This document shows, piece by piece, positions 27,659 to 39,159 of a DNA stretch of 64,000 bases. This stretch comes from Octopus vulgaris (Eukaryota). The stretch covers positions 103,726,001 through 103,790,000 of the forward strand of contig OX597818.1 of NCBI GenBank assembly GCA_951406725.2, read 5' to 3'. Numbering within the stretch: the first letter of the stretch is position 1; the number at the start of each line of letters is the position of its first letter. The notes under the pieces were generated by a model. It made no database searches and was not told the origin of the DNA. It saw nothing but the letters and a program-made list of their open reading frames with translations. The translations under genes and the position numbers were made by a program.

Positions 27659-28653
27659 ATGTATATATATACATATGCACATGTGTGTATGTATGTATGT
27701 ACCACTTTTTCGTCAAATATCTGACTACCCATAAATATGGTGATATTGAATTGAGAAATACTGGTCGATATGATCTAATAAGAATAATAGTGGAAACCTT
27801 CCCAGAATAGCCGTAATCCATTAAGTGACACCAACAGCAGAATAAGAGAATAAAAGAATAACACATGACATTACACAGCTATCTGAATGAAATAAATAGG
27901 AATGGTATATAAACAAAACTTATCAACAATGACGTTCGTTTTTCTAAAACGAATACTCACAGTGCTGCAACTTCTTACTTATTTGAGCTCACCTTATCGG
28001 CATAACAAAACTGAAGATTTGTCTGTGTATAAATTCAGAATCAATGAAAATAAATCATATTTATTGATAAACCCAGACAAGGGAAGAAATAGTATCGTGG
28101 AGAAAATTCGTTTAGTAAAGAAATAACTAAATCTTCATAACCTGAACCGGTGATATAATCAAGGATTATTGTCTAGACTGCCAACTATCTGATAATAAAT
28201 AAATTCTTTCGCGTTAAATATGAAATATTCTGAATGATGCTTCTCTTCAGATAGCGTTCTTTATAGAATTTAGTGACAGAGAAACACTGAAAAACTTTGT
28301 ATTTTTATTTTTCGTTTTATTTTAAGAAATAATCTCTTTCTGACAGAGTTTATATTTTCCAACTTTAGATTTCAGTATGGTTTTATTTGGAATAGAAATA
28401 CTATGCAATGCATATATGAACATATATGAAGTATTCAGGGAAAGTATTTAGGCAACTATAACAATGATGAATTTCAGTTTGTAATGTGTATATATGTATG
28501 AATTATGTATATAATTCCTTAAATTTTTATATCTTATATTTATATGATTCCTGAAGTTATTTATTTACTTATTTATACTTATATACTTGTAATTAATTTT
28601 GACAAACATAGTGATATATAAGGAGCAATTATATTTATAAATGTGGGGAAATT

Positions 28654-28750
28654 GGACCTGATGATTGGGAGTGCGTAAACATAATGAGATTTTGAATGAG
28701 ACTATGTGTCTTAACAATACCCTACGTACCCTCATGAAACACGTGTGCTC
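28654..28750 (+). ncRNA. Decayed type-I hammerhead motif
   Basis: ggac-CTGATGA-TTGGGAGTGCGTA...TACGTACCCTCAT-GAAAC-ACGT-GT-g. Stem III is the palindrome ACACGTGT, but the cleavage nucleotide and stem I are damaged. Confidence 0.55.
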
Positions 28751-28799
28751 TGTAATATGGAAAATTTAGGGATTATAAATATAAATAGTAAGAATATTA

Positions 28800-30465
28800 T
28801 TTAATATTGTATGGCTTGGGTGAGTTAATATAGTTTGGAGTTCATTAAGTTGTGGGTGTTTCTATCTCCAACATTATTTTGATATATACGAATTATGCAT
28901 CTATAGATATATAATAAAATAATGATTCAATTAGAATCAGGTACTTGAAAAGATATGCACCAGTTAGTGTTGGATAGACCTGTGGTTCCTGCCTATGGTT
29001 GTTAAGTATCAAATAGGATATTCCGGTGGCGTACGCAGAAAGAACGAACCCTATGAGTATTTAGTGCCCAGGGGACGGTCCAAATCACGCGTTACTTTGA
29101 ATAGTATGTTGTGAGTATACTCTAGGCTGTCCGAGAAGTCGTAAATCCCTTTGTTGTATTATAATCAAATGAATAATAATATACGATGGATAATTGTCAG
29201 CATATTACATCTGTTTCTTATGTATCTTTTTAACAGGATAACGAGAACATTACTCCATTAAAAAAAACGTAACCACTAGATGAAACGTAATTTTACACAG
29301 ATAAGAATACCCCAAGGATACAGCAGGGATGTGGCTGAAGTTCGTCGAAGCCGACTATGAAATGGGTGAATGACCGACAAAGTTGTCCATTGAGGTTAAG
29401 AATATAGTTCCCGAAAATATATTATATCATATCTTAGCTATAAGATCCGGGTGAGATTCGAATCAGCTAGACAGGTTGTTAGGTAGGCTGGAGAGGGGGG
29501 TGTAGGCTTAGAGCAGTGGGAAGCAAGGAGGAGTCCTAATATAAATTAAGGATAAAAAAATACAGGAACAATAAAGCAAAAGTAAAGAGGAAGAAAATAA
29601 ACGCATACAAGCTAATTAGAAAAAGGGTTAGTGTTTAAGATTTGCTAGCTAAGGCTAAAGAACAAAGCGAGGAGGGAAGAGCTACACAGAATTCAGGGTG
29701 TATTCTGTGGATATTGGTTAAAGGTTATGAGAGAGGGTACGAAGGCAATTGAATAATAAGATCTAACATTTATGGAATTGTAGTGTTAGTAATGATAGAG
29801 TACTACTTATTATTAAATAAAGGTGGGGTTATATAAAAAAATTACACCTGGTACGGTATTGGTGGAAATACCAGATCGGATATCAAAGAGTAGTCTAACG
29901 TTTAATAATATAGAATGTTATACAGGTTGCGTTAATATCATTCAAATAGTTAGCATAATAATAATTGTGTGAATCAGGCAAAGGAACTCCAGACAATAGT
30001 CGCGGGTAAGTGGTTGGGATAGTGTGTTCCATCTATTGTGTAATAAGCGCAGCACAAATAACTGTATTTTGGTGTAATGATTGCTTACCTGGTAGAATTG
30101 GAAAAGAGCTGGCTATGGTGTGCAGGCTACTAATTCTAGGTTAGATATGTTTGCTATTGATATTGCATAATACTGGGCACACCACAGAGAGAATGGTTAG
30201 TCCCTTCAATGTAGTATACCATGCAAGTATAGTAAGAGGGGTTAAAATGCAATGGTAAAGGGAAACGAGACTAGAAAGACTCAGAAACAAATAGGTAGAT
30301 CTATCACCAACAGAGGGAGTGAATTAGACTGGCCCTAGCTTAGGAGCTTTAATAGAGGTTGTTTAATATCCTTAAAATATCTAAATGTGCGAGTAGCCTT
30401 ACGTATACAGGAAAGACGAAGATGCAGTTTATTATTTAGTAGACTTTCAATATTTGATCTCTAAC
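28800..30465 (-). mobile_element. Older PLE copy: last codons of the ORF plus putative long 3' UTR
   Basis: 30372-30460 translates on minus to SNIESLLNNKLHLRLSCIRKATRTFRYFK, like the ORF end RNLLNNHIELGQVCVHAKLKTLKYFK at 25414. The UTR extent is a guess. Confidence 0.55.
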
Positions 30466-30569
30466 ATTTCAATCGCATCCATGCAACAAATCCTGCGCCC
30501 GTATCTGCTGTTTAACTCAAATCAGATTTAACATTGTCATACTTGAGTACCCAAATCTTTGTATATATA

Positions 30570-31405
30570 TATATAATAATTATAATTAAGGGTTAAGTTG
30601 CTCAAAACCACATACCGAAAATATTAGCTGTTTGTTTGTGGAGACTTTTTATTAGTAGAGGAAATAGTGATCAATTTTGGCTGCTATTTCTAATATTTTC
30701 GGTTTGTGGTTTTGAACAACTTGTTGCATTTAACCCTTAATTATAATTATTATGACCCTTACCAAATATGGTCTTTTCCATACCGATAAATCTACTAGGT
30801 GAAATTGATTAATTTTATTAAATTAATTATATTCCACCCTTTATTGCATATTGAATACTTTTTCTCCCTTACAAGTTATCTGCGAATTTTTCGTTTCGTT
30901 GGTAATGTTTTTGTAGCTCACGTGGTAAATTTTGGAGGGAAATATGAATTCGCATGTCTGCATAGGTGTAGGAATGCTAGCAGTTCCGTTAGACCGTCCG
31001 ATGTCGCTGGTCGTGCTGGTGTAACGGGTGAGTTTTTCCCGTAGCATTTCTAGATCTATAGGAAATATTATATTGACAAGGAAATGAACCTTCGGTTTTA
31101 ATCCAGAAACGAGTCGTCTATAATTAATCCATAGGCTGGGATTTCGTTATTTTCTGCCTTTTTTGCCATATACAGCTTACAAATTCTGTTTGTTTGTGGA
31201 GACTTTTTATTAGTAGAGGAAATAGCGATCAATTTTGGCTGCTATTTCTAATATTTTCTGTATGTGGTTTTGAGCAACTTGTTGCATTTAACCCTTAATT
31301 ATAATTATTATAACCCTTACCAAATATGGTATTTTCCATACCGATAAATCTACTAGGTGAAATTGATTAATTTTATTAAATTAATTATATTCCACCATTT
31401 ATTGC

Positions 31406-31410
<5 letters not shown>
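30570..31410. repeat. (TA)n-flanked element with a fold-back (30572-30752) and a ~220-bp direct duplication (30628-30850 / 31186-31408); related to 8030-8230
   Basis: ataattataattaagggttaa..gaaaatattag versus ctaatattttc..ttaacccttaattataattat; ctgtttgtttgtggagac...ttattgcata occurs twice. Confidence 0.8.
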
Positions 31411-31448
<38 letters not shown>

Positions 31449-31465
31449 TAGATAGATAGATAGAT

Positions 31466-31535
<70 letters not shown>

Positions 31536-31551
31536 CGATCGTTAGCCACTG

Positions 31552-32418
31552 CACACATTTTTCTCTCCTAGTTTCTCTCCTTGTTTTTTGTGTCCCTTTC
31601 TGTAGAAGAGCGTAGGCTCGAAACGTAAAAGACGTTTTCTATTCCTGAGCGTTTTACTAATACATCTGTTTGTTTTGTACACCACCTGTCTTCGTATTGT
31701 GTTTTTTTCGTAAATTCTCCCTATATATATATATGTATATATATATACACATATATACTGCTCCCAGTTGTGGTCACCACACACTACCAAACTAACAGCT
31801 GAGTGCGTGGAGCAGCTCAACGACACTACACTGAAAATATTGAAACCATGCAGCGGATCAGATACACGGATAGGCTGAGAATACTGCAACTTCACTCCAT
31901 GGTGCGAAGGCGTGTGAGATATGTAATAATCTACATATGGGATGGAAGCACTCCGTCGGTTACGACGACGAGGGTTCCGGTTGACACACATATTTTCTCT
32001 CCTAGTTTCTCTCCTTGTTTTTTGTGTCCCTTTCTGTAGAAGAGCGTAGGCTCGAAACGTAAAAGACGTTTTCTATTCCTGAGCGTTTTACTAATACATC
32101 TGTTTGTTTTGTACACCACCTGTCTTCGTATTGTGTTTTTTTCGTAAACTCTCCCTATATATATATATGTATATATATATACACATATATACTGCTCCCA
32201 GTTGTGGTCACCACACACTACCAAACTAACAGCTGAGTGCGTGGAGCAGCTCAACGACACTACACTGAAAATATTGAAACCATGCAGCGGATCAGATACA
32301 CGGATAGGCGGAGAAAACTGCAACTTCACTCCATGGTGCGAAGGCGTGTGAGATATGTAATAATCTACATATGGGATGGAAGCACTCCGTCGGTTACGAC
32401 GACGAGGGTTCCGGTTGA
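31552..32418 (+). repeat. 434-bp tandem duplication spanning a PLE-tail-like repeat, (TA)n, a CR1 fragment and a SINE 3' end
   Basis: 31552-31984 and 31985-32418 are nearly identical. Confidence 0.9.
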
Positions 32419-33000
32419 TCCGAATCAACGGAACAGCCTGCTCGTGAAATTAGCGTGTAAGTGGCTGAGCACTCCACAGGCACGTGTACCCTTAACGTAG
32501 TTCTCGGGGATATTCAGCGTGACACAGAGAGTGACAAGGCCGGCCCTTTGAAATACAGGTACAGCAGAAACAGGAAGTAAGAGTGAGAGAAAGTTGTGGT
32601 GAAAGAGTACAGCAGGGATCACCACCATCCCCTGCCGGAGCCTCGTGGAGCTTTAGGTGTTTTCGCTCAATAAACACTCACAACGCCCGGTCTGGGAATC
32701 GAAACCGCGATCCTATGACCGCGAGTCCGTTGCCCTAACCACTGGGCCATTGCGCCTCCACTATAATCTACATATGAAACACTCTAGAAGGGCTAGTACG
32801 AAATTTCGCCATTGAGTGTTATACAAATGCTAGACCTGGCCGTCATTGTATTGTACCAAATGTACCATCCACTCCATCCTGTACTGCAATAGTCAAGGGT
32901 TGAACGGCCTATAGATCTCCAATGCCCTACTACATGAATCAAGTAATCTGCTTAAGGGGGAAGTATATGTCTTCAAAGAAGAATCTATACGTCCTCCTCT
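32189..33000 (+). pseudogene. 3' fragment of a CR1/L2-group LINE ORF2, split by a SINE
   Basis: YCSQLWSP...QRHYTENIETMQRIRYTDR.RKLQLHSMVRRRVRYVIIYI then ..LEGLV; typical post-RT CR1 motifs. Confidence 0.75.
32374..32762 (-). mobile_element. Full-length tRNA-derived SINE (family C) with a 14-bp TSD
   Basis: Head tggcccagtggttagggcaacggactcgcggtcataggatcgcggtttcgattccc; TSD ATAATCTACATATG at 32360-32373 and 32763-32776. Confidence 0.92.
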
Positions 33001-33207
33001 CGACAATACTGGATGAACCAACAGCCCTACATAAGGTGCAGACTAGGGCATCGGAATCAAAATTGCTTAGACACCAAATGGGATGACAGCTAGAACGAAG
33101 GCACGTACAGGAGTGATTATATGAAACACGCCAGACTGAAGAAATCAGAAAGGAACACGGTGGTGCTCCAGTATAACCTCCGCCGCATAACTGAATAGAG
33201 TAAAATA

Positions 33208-33314
<107 letters not shown>

Positions 33315-33324
33315 CATATGTGTA

Positions 33325-33874
33325 CGAGATCTGAGAAATAAGTAACCGGACTGTTGAAATAGTAACTAAACTAAAGCACGCAGAGTAAAGCGGCTTGACA
33401 AAAGCTGACTTTGAACTCTGCTGTACATGCGACTAAGTTCCGCTGTTCATACCAGCGCTTGGAACGGCGTGAAGCATGTGATTGTCGCATTGTCCATGAC
33501 AGGGAAATTTGTCATGGCGATACTTGCTCAGAAGCCTGCACAAGCAGAAAATGTATGGAGAGTAATGAATGAGCTGCACACAATTGTACGTGTGGTCTAG
33601 ACGTTTTCAAGATGGCCGAAATCAATCTTAATATTGACAAACGTTTTGGGATTCAGATTCTCTGCCGAATTTCCTCTGCCATGTTCAATTCGGCGATCAC
33701 ATGCTACACACCTTCCTTCCAAGTACTGCTGTAAACACCGAAATTGAGATAAAAGCTAACACGTAGTTGGCTTGCATAGCAGAGTTCAAGGTCAATCTGT
33801 GCCAAGCGACTTCAATTTGCATGCTATAACTTCGTTACTATAGCGACAGTCCGGATACCTATTGATCAGAGCAT
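33325..33874 (+). mobile_element. Internally deleted mariner element
   Basis: Long imperfect TIRs (aataagtaaccggactgttgaaatagtaac / gttactatagcgacagtccggatacctattg) after TA; HTH remnant LYVWSRRFQDGR. Confidence 0.75.
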
Positions 33875-33972
33875 TATACACACACACATACAGGGTAAGT
33901 GATTGTAAAGTGTATTCTTTCTTAGAATTGTGGTCTCTACACCACATTAAGGTTCAAAGGGTAAGATGACCA

Positions 33973-34033
33973 GATAACCGAAGAGATGGTGGTGTGGATA
34001 TCCACCTCGCCATCCGAAACTCAGAGTTTTATC
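33973..34033 (+). ncRNA. Hammerhead motif with a U4C core variant
   Basis: GATAA-CCGAAGA-GATGG...CCATC-c-GAAAC-tcaga-GTT-TTATC, followed by (TA)n. Confidence 0.6.
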
Positions 34034-34043
34034 TTGGCTACCG

Positions 34044-34110
<67 letters not shown>

Positions 34111-34111
34111 G

Positions 34112-34520
34112 AGTGTACACACAAGAGGCATCCAACATAGGAATCCTTGTACGTTAGAAAGAACAGTTAAATTCGAAACCACTCTTAGGGATAAAACTTC
34201 GAAGGGAATGAAAAATAAACACGTTTGCCATCAATATCCTAGACCATGGTTTCAGACTTTTGGGGATTTGAAACCATTTGTCCAGTGTTTTGATGGTAAA
34301 TGATTTTTTTTTTTCATTCCTTTCGAATTATTATCCCTATATAGTGGTTTCGAAGTTAACTGTTTTGTCTAGCGTGCAAGGAGTCCTATGATGGAAGCCT
34401 CTTATAAATGTACACTGTATTTATATGAATAATATATAGTCTATTGACTAAAGTTTTACACGCTAAGCCACTGGTAGTAGAAATTTTTAATATTTCTTAT
34501 TATCCTTGATATTATTAATT

Positions 34521-34525
<5 letters not shown>
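34112..34525. repeat. (TA)n-flanked fold-back: ~145-bp arms (34112-34257 / 34266-34418) plus ~105-nt tail
   Basis: gtgtacac..aagaggc..ttcgaaaccact..atggtttca versus tgaaaccat..agtggtttcgaa..gcctctt..tgtacac. Confidence 0.8.
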
Positions 34526-34568
<43 letters not shown>

Positions 34569-35161
34569 CTGTTTTGAATAACAGCAGGTTTCTTTATATA
34601 TATTCCAGAGAAATTTCTTTCTGATAATATTGTATATAGCCGTAGGTTGTAGTAACATTTGTTGTATTCGGAGGTAGTACTTTGATGACAGATTTGGTTA
34701 GTAAGTGACCATACGAATAACTATACACATAAAGGTGGCTTAATCAAAGTTTTCGGTTGCATATTGTGATTTCTGGGGCAACATTTTCTTATTTGCTAGA
34801 TATTATGTGGCAGTCACTTGCTCTTAAATTGCAAATTCATTCCCTTTGAACCTTGATGTGGTGTAGAGACCACGAATTTAAGAAAGAATACACTTTATAT
34901 AAATATTAGTGTCATCTTCTTGTCTTCGCTAAACACACATACATAATCATTTTATGGGATGCACAGCGTTTCAAATCCAGGTGCACTTTGAGGTTTGTTA
35001 GTCCAGCTGCTTTCGGACTGTACAGAAATTCACCAGGATGCGAGTGCTTCCAGAGATAACTGCTGACGTGTACAATTCGGTTCATTCTAAGTCTGTCTGC
35101 AGTGATCCCAAGTCTATACTTCCTTCATCTCTAGCTAAAATCTGTCAATATCACTCCATAG

Positions 35162-35440
35162 TGGAGACACATGGCCTAGTGGTTAGAACAGCGGACTCGC
35201 AGTCGAGGGATCGCGGGTTCAAATCTCAGACCGGGCGATGTGTGTTTATGAGCGAAACACTTAATCTCCACGCGGCTCCGGCAGAAGGTAATGGCGAACA
35301 ACTGCTGAATCTTTCACCAGAGCTTTCTCCACGCTTTCCTCCTGCATCTTGCAGCTCAGCTGCGATGTCCAAGTGGGGAACCTATACGCCAAGGAAACCG
35401 GGACACCGGCCCTTATGAACGACGCATGGTTTGAGAAGGA
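35162..35440 (+). mobile_element. tRNA-derived SINE related to family C, with a different tail
   Basis: tggcctagtggttagaacagcggactcgcagtcgagggatcgcgggttcaaatctc (A and B boxes). Confidence 0.8.
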
Positions 35441-36853
35441 AAAATATCACTCCGTGAAAGTTTCTAGTTAATGTCAGGATCTTGTTACATTTGGAAACTC
35501 TGGAGTGGATTTCATTAGCTGACCAGGGATATAACACACATCTTGGTCACTGCACCGGCACGACAAATTCATTGTGAGATACTGTCTTGTATTTCCGACT
35601 ACTATGTTTCTAAATGTGGTGTAACATTTTCAGACCAGTGTATTTATAATCATTGCACTTCTATATGATATCGGTTACTGTATAGGAATATATAGCAGTG
35701 TGGAGCAGGATGGTTAACGAGAAAATTGGTACTGAAGTTTCGTATTTCGAGTCCTAATTGTCCCCGTTAATTAATCAAATACAAACACATCTTATATAGC
35801 AAACCGTTCTTATATCTTTTATATGTTTTATCTCTCGCTGTTCTGGCCGATCGTAGCAATCTTGATATAGATCTTCAGGTCACCCATAAAAAAATTATGG
35901 GTCACATTATGATTTCTTGTAATCGTACAACCTAAAATACAGCCATCGTATTTTGCTTTTCTTCAATAACTTTTGAGAACACAGCTTGTGACTTTTGTTA
36001 ATTTTGCATGAAATATAGTTAGTGAGGTACAAAACCATTATTCTTCTAACATTCAATTATCATCGTTAACCATCCAATATGGCGACGCAGATTGTTGATG
36101 TATACTTCAAGTTTTATTTCCCATCAGGTTTCCGTTTGTTTAGTAATTTCATAAGCACGTTTACTGCAGTTTTCTTTCTTAGCTCTTCGTTAATAGTAAA
36201 AGCAGCTGTACATATGACGGTATTAATTGTGCAGTAATTAATATCACACGTTTCCATTTGTTCTCCAACAACAACACTGATATATCATTCCACATGAGAG
36301 CAGTTGGTTTTTTTTTTTACCTTTGGAATCTTTGATTATTTTTTTCGTTGACGAATTGTAGTTTCAAAAGGATCTTAAAGTGAATACATTCTACAGTCAT
36401 TTCTGTAGCATCATGTGGATATACCTGAGCACTCAGTAATAATTGAATTGGATTTTTTTACGTTATATACGATTTCTCATGTAAAAGTTGGGCTGATTCA
36501 CATACGTCTAAGATGATCGACTGTTAGAACAGTAATCAGCCTCTGCGATGGACAATTGCTATTATATTTTTCAAAGATGCTTGCTAGCAAAGCTGTCTCG
36601 CTGTAAAATAATTTCAGTAATAGTGAGTTTTATCCTGTTAATGTTATCAGCTTCATATATTCTATAGTTGGGCCATCATAAGTTATAACAGCTGGTAACA
36701 GATGTGGAACGTGACAATACCTGCATACTGGTGGATCCATCGGAACAAAAAAAAAGAAAGAAAATGGACAGATATGAACGGCAAAAGCAGAAATTTTATC
36801 TGCTGCATTAAGTGCCCGGTTAATGGTCTGGATTTTAAAATATCTTTAACATA

Positions 36854-37273
36854 GGCGTAGGAGTGGCTGTGTGGTAAGTAGCTTGCATACCAACCACATG
36901 GTTCCGGGTTCAGTCCCACTGCGTGGCACCTTGGGCAAGCGTCTTCTATTATGACTTCAGGCCGACCAAAGCCTTGTGAGTGGATTTGATAGACGGAAAC
37001 TGAAAGAAGCCCGTCGTATATATATGTATTGCATGTATATATGTATGTGTGTGTATATGTTTGTGTGTCTGTATTTGTACCCCCCCCCCCAAGATCGCTT
37101 GAAAACCGATGCTGGTGTGTACATCCCCGTGACTTAGCGGTTCGGCAAAAGAGACCGATCGAATAAGTACCAGGCTTACAAAGAATAAGTTCTGTGGTCG
37201 ATTTGCTCGTCTAAAGGCGGTGCTCCAGCATGTCCACTGTCAAATGATTGAAACAAATGAAAGAGTAAAAGAG
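36854..37273 (+). mobile_element. Full-length SINE family B
   Basis: A-box-like gtggctgtgtggtaag, B-box-like ggttcagtccc, internal microsatellite, aaagagt repeat tail. Confidence 0.9.
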
Positions 37274-38383
37274 TATATGAACATAAACAAATTACGGAAG
37301 AATTCCACCGATTGAAATAAAAACGATCAAATCCAACTATATTTACTCACTCACAAACCCATTACACGTAAACGGCAAGCTAATTGGTTAAAATTATGGC
37401 GTGATCTATAACAGTAATATTGGTGCGTTCGACAAACCGTGATATTTAATTTGCATGCTGAGTGGTCAAAATCGTATTCGAAAAATTCAAATTGATGATT
37501 ACTACAAACGGCTGAAAGTGCTAATTGAACTTTATGAACATTACAATATATTTTTTTAATCGTTAACACACTCGAACATTGTAAAAAATATTTTTTAAAT
37601 GCAATAATAAAAAACGTGAAAATGAGACCAAGTTATAACTTTATTCAACTGATGTGTGTGTGTGTGTATCTATGTGTGTATGTTTATATATATAAAACTG
37701 TATGAATATACATATATGTATATATTTATTCATATAAATATATGTGCGTGTGTATGTGTTTACGTGTGTATGTGTTTTGTGTGTATGTCTACGTGTTTGT
37801 ATATGTGTACGTGTTTGTATGTGTCTTTCATTGTTTGTATGTGCGTTTATGGAAATCTAAGTGGAATTAGAGTTTCATCTCTCACCTCGATCTTCATCTC
37901 ATTGTTTCCAGGAAGAACTCGTAGAACTGATTTCGGTGGAATACTTTAATTCATTGGCATCGGCCAGGTTTCTTCCTTTGTGTCTTTTCATTAATTTATT
38001 TCATGAGAGGATTTATAGATACTTGCCCTACTTCCACACTCATAACTTAATTTTTTCTTTTCATATGACATTTATCTTCCTCCTGGTTTGACGTGTGGAG
38101 ATTGCATAGCTTTGCGTTTTTAAAGTTTCTTAATAAGTTGTCTTTCATATCATCGCATTATATCTCCAGGTATTAAATTTATTGCAGGACTGAAATATTA
38201 TTTTATCCTTTGCTAATGTTTAAGGAACTTTACTGTGTGGTTGAGTCGTGAGTGGCAATTTTCTGGTGAAATCTATGGCATATATTATTTTTGGGCTTTG
38301 TGATTTTATAAGTGTCATTTTATCCAAAATCATTTCACTATAATGTTTTCAATTCTAAGGGTGTTTTTTATGCGTGGCTTCCA

Positions 38384-38445
<62 letters not shown>

Positions 38446-38457
38446 CATCATCATCAC

Positions 38458-38515
<58 letters not shown>

Positions 38516-38563
38516 GTTGTTGTTGTTGTTGTTAGTGTTGTTGTTGTTGTTGTTGTTGTTATT

Positions 38564-39085
38564 GTGTGAGAGAGCAGTGCATGCCATCAAAGTGACACTG
38601 GAGTAAAATATATGAAGCCCAGTATACCATCACGATAAGGGTACACTAGGCACATGTATTACAACCATATGTGTGCGACATGGTGATCTAATATCAAAAT
38701 AAACAGCATATGACCTTTCATGTGATGCCCTGTTAGAGTTTTCTTCTGGTCGAGTAACCCATACAACTAAAAAGGTCACTGAATAAGGGTTATTTAAGGG
38801 TGTTGAACGAAGTACCCATGTTTCCAGAGGTGAATTATTCAAACCCTAAAGTAACCCTCTCAATACACCGCTATGATAATCCCCACTACATCTGATCGTG
38901 ATCAGAGATGCACATATCGTCAGCCACTAAGGGACATGGTCAACTGGTTAAGGTCAAACACCTGACAAGCCAATCTGTGGTATTCAGCAGAATATTTGCT
39001 ATAGCCGACCTTTTATACCAAGACAAAACAACGTACATGGAAACGCTTCCAATCAGATAAGATCAGAAGCCACGAGAGCCACTCC

Positions 39086-39086
<1 letters not shown>
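38564..39086 (-). mobile_element. Non-coding ~525-bp (TAA)n-inserted element, copy 1
   Basis: Homologous to 42558-43112; TAA-type tracts on both sides. Confidence 0.8.
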
Positions 39087-39158
<72 letters not shown>

Positions 39159-39159
39159 G

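Noticed and set aside
35162-35235. tRNA gene
   Set aside because: A and B boxes are present, but the sequence continues into a SINE body shared with 32374-32762 and has no clean acceptor stem or terminator.
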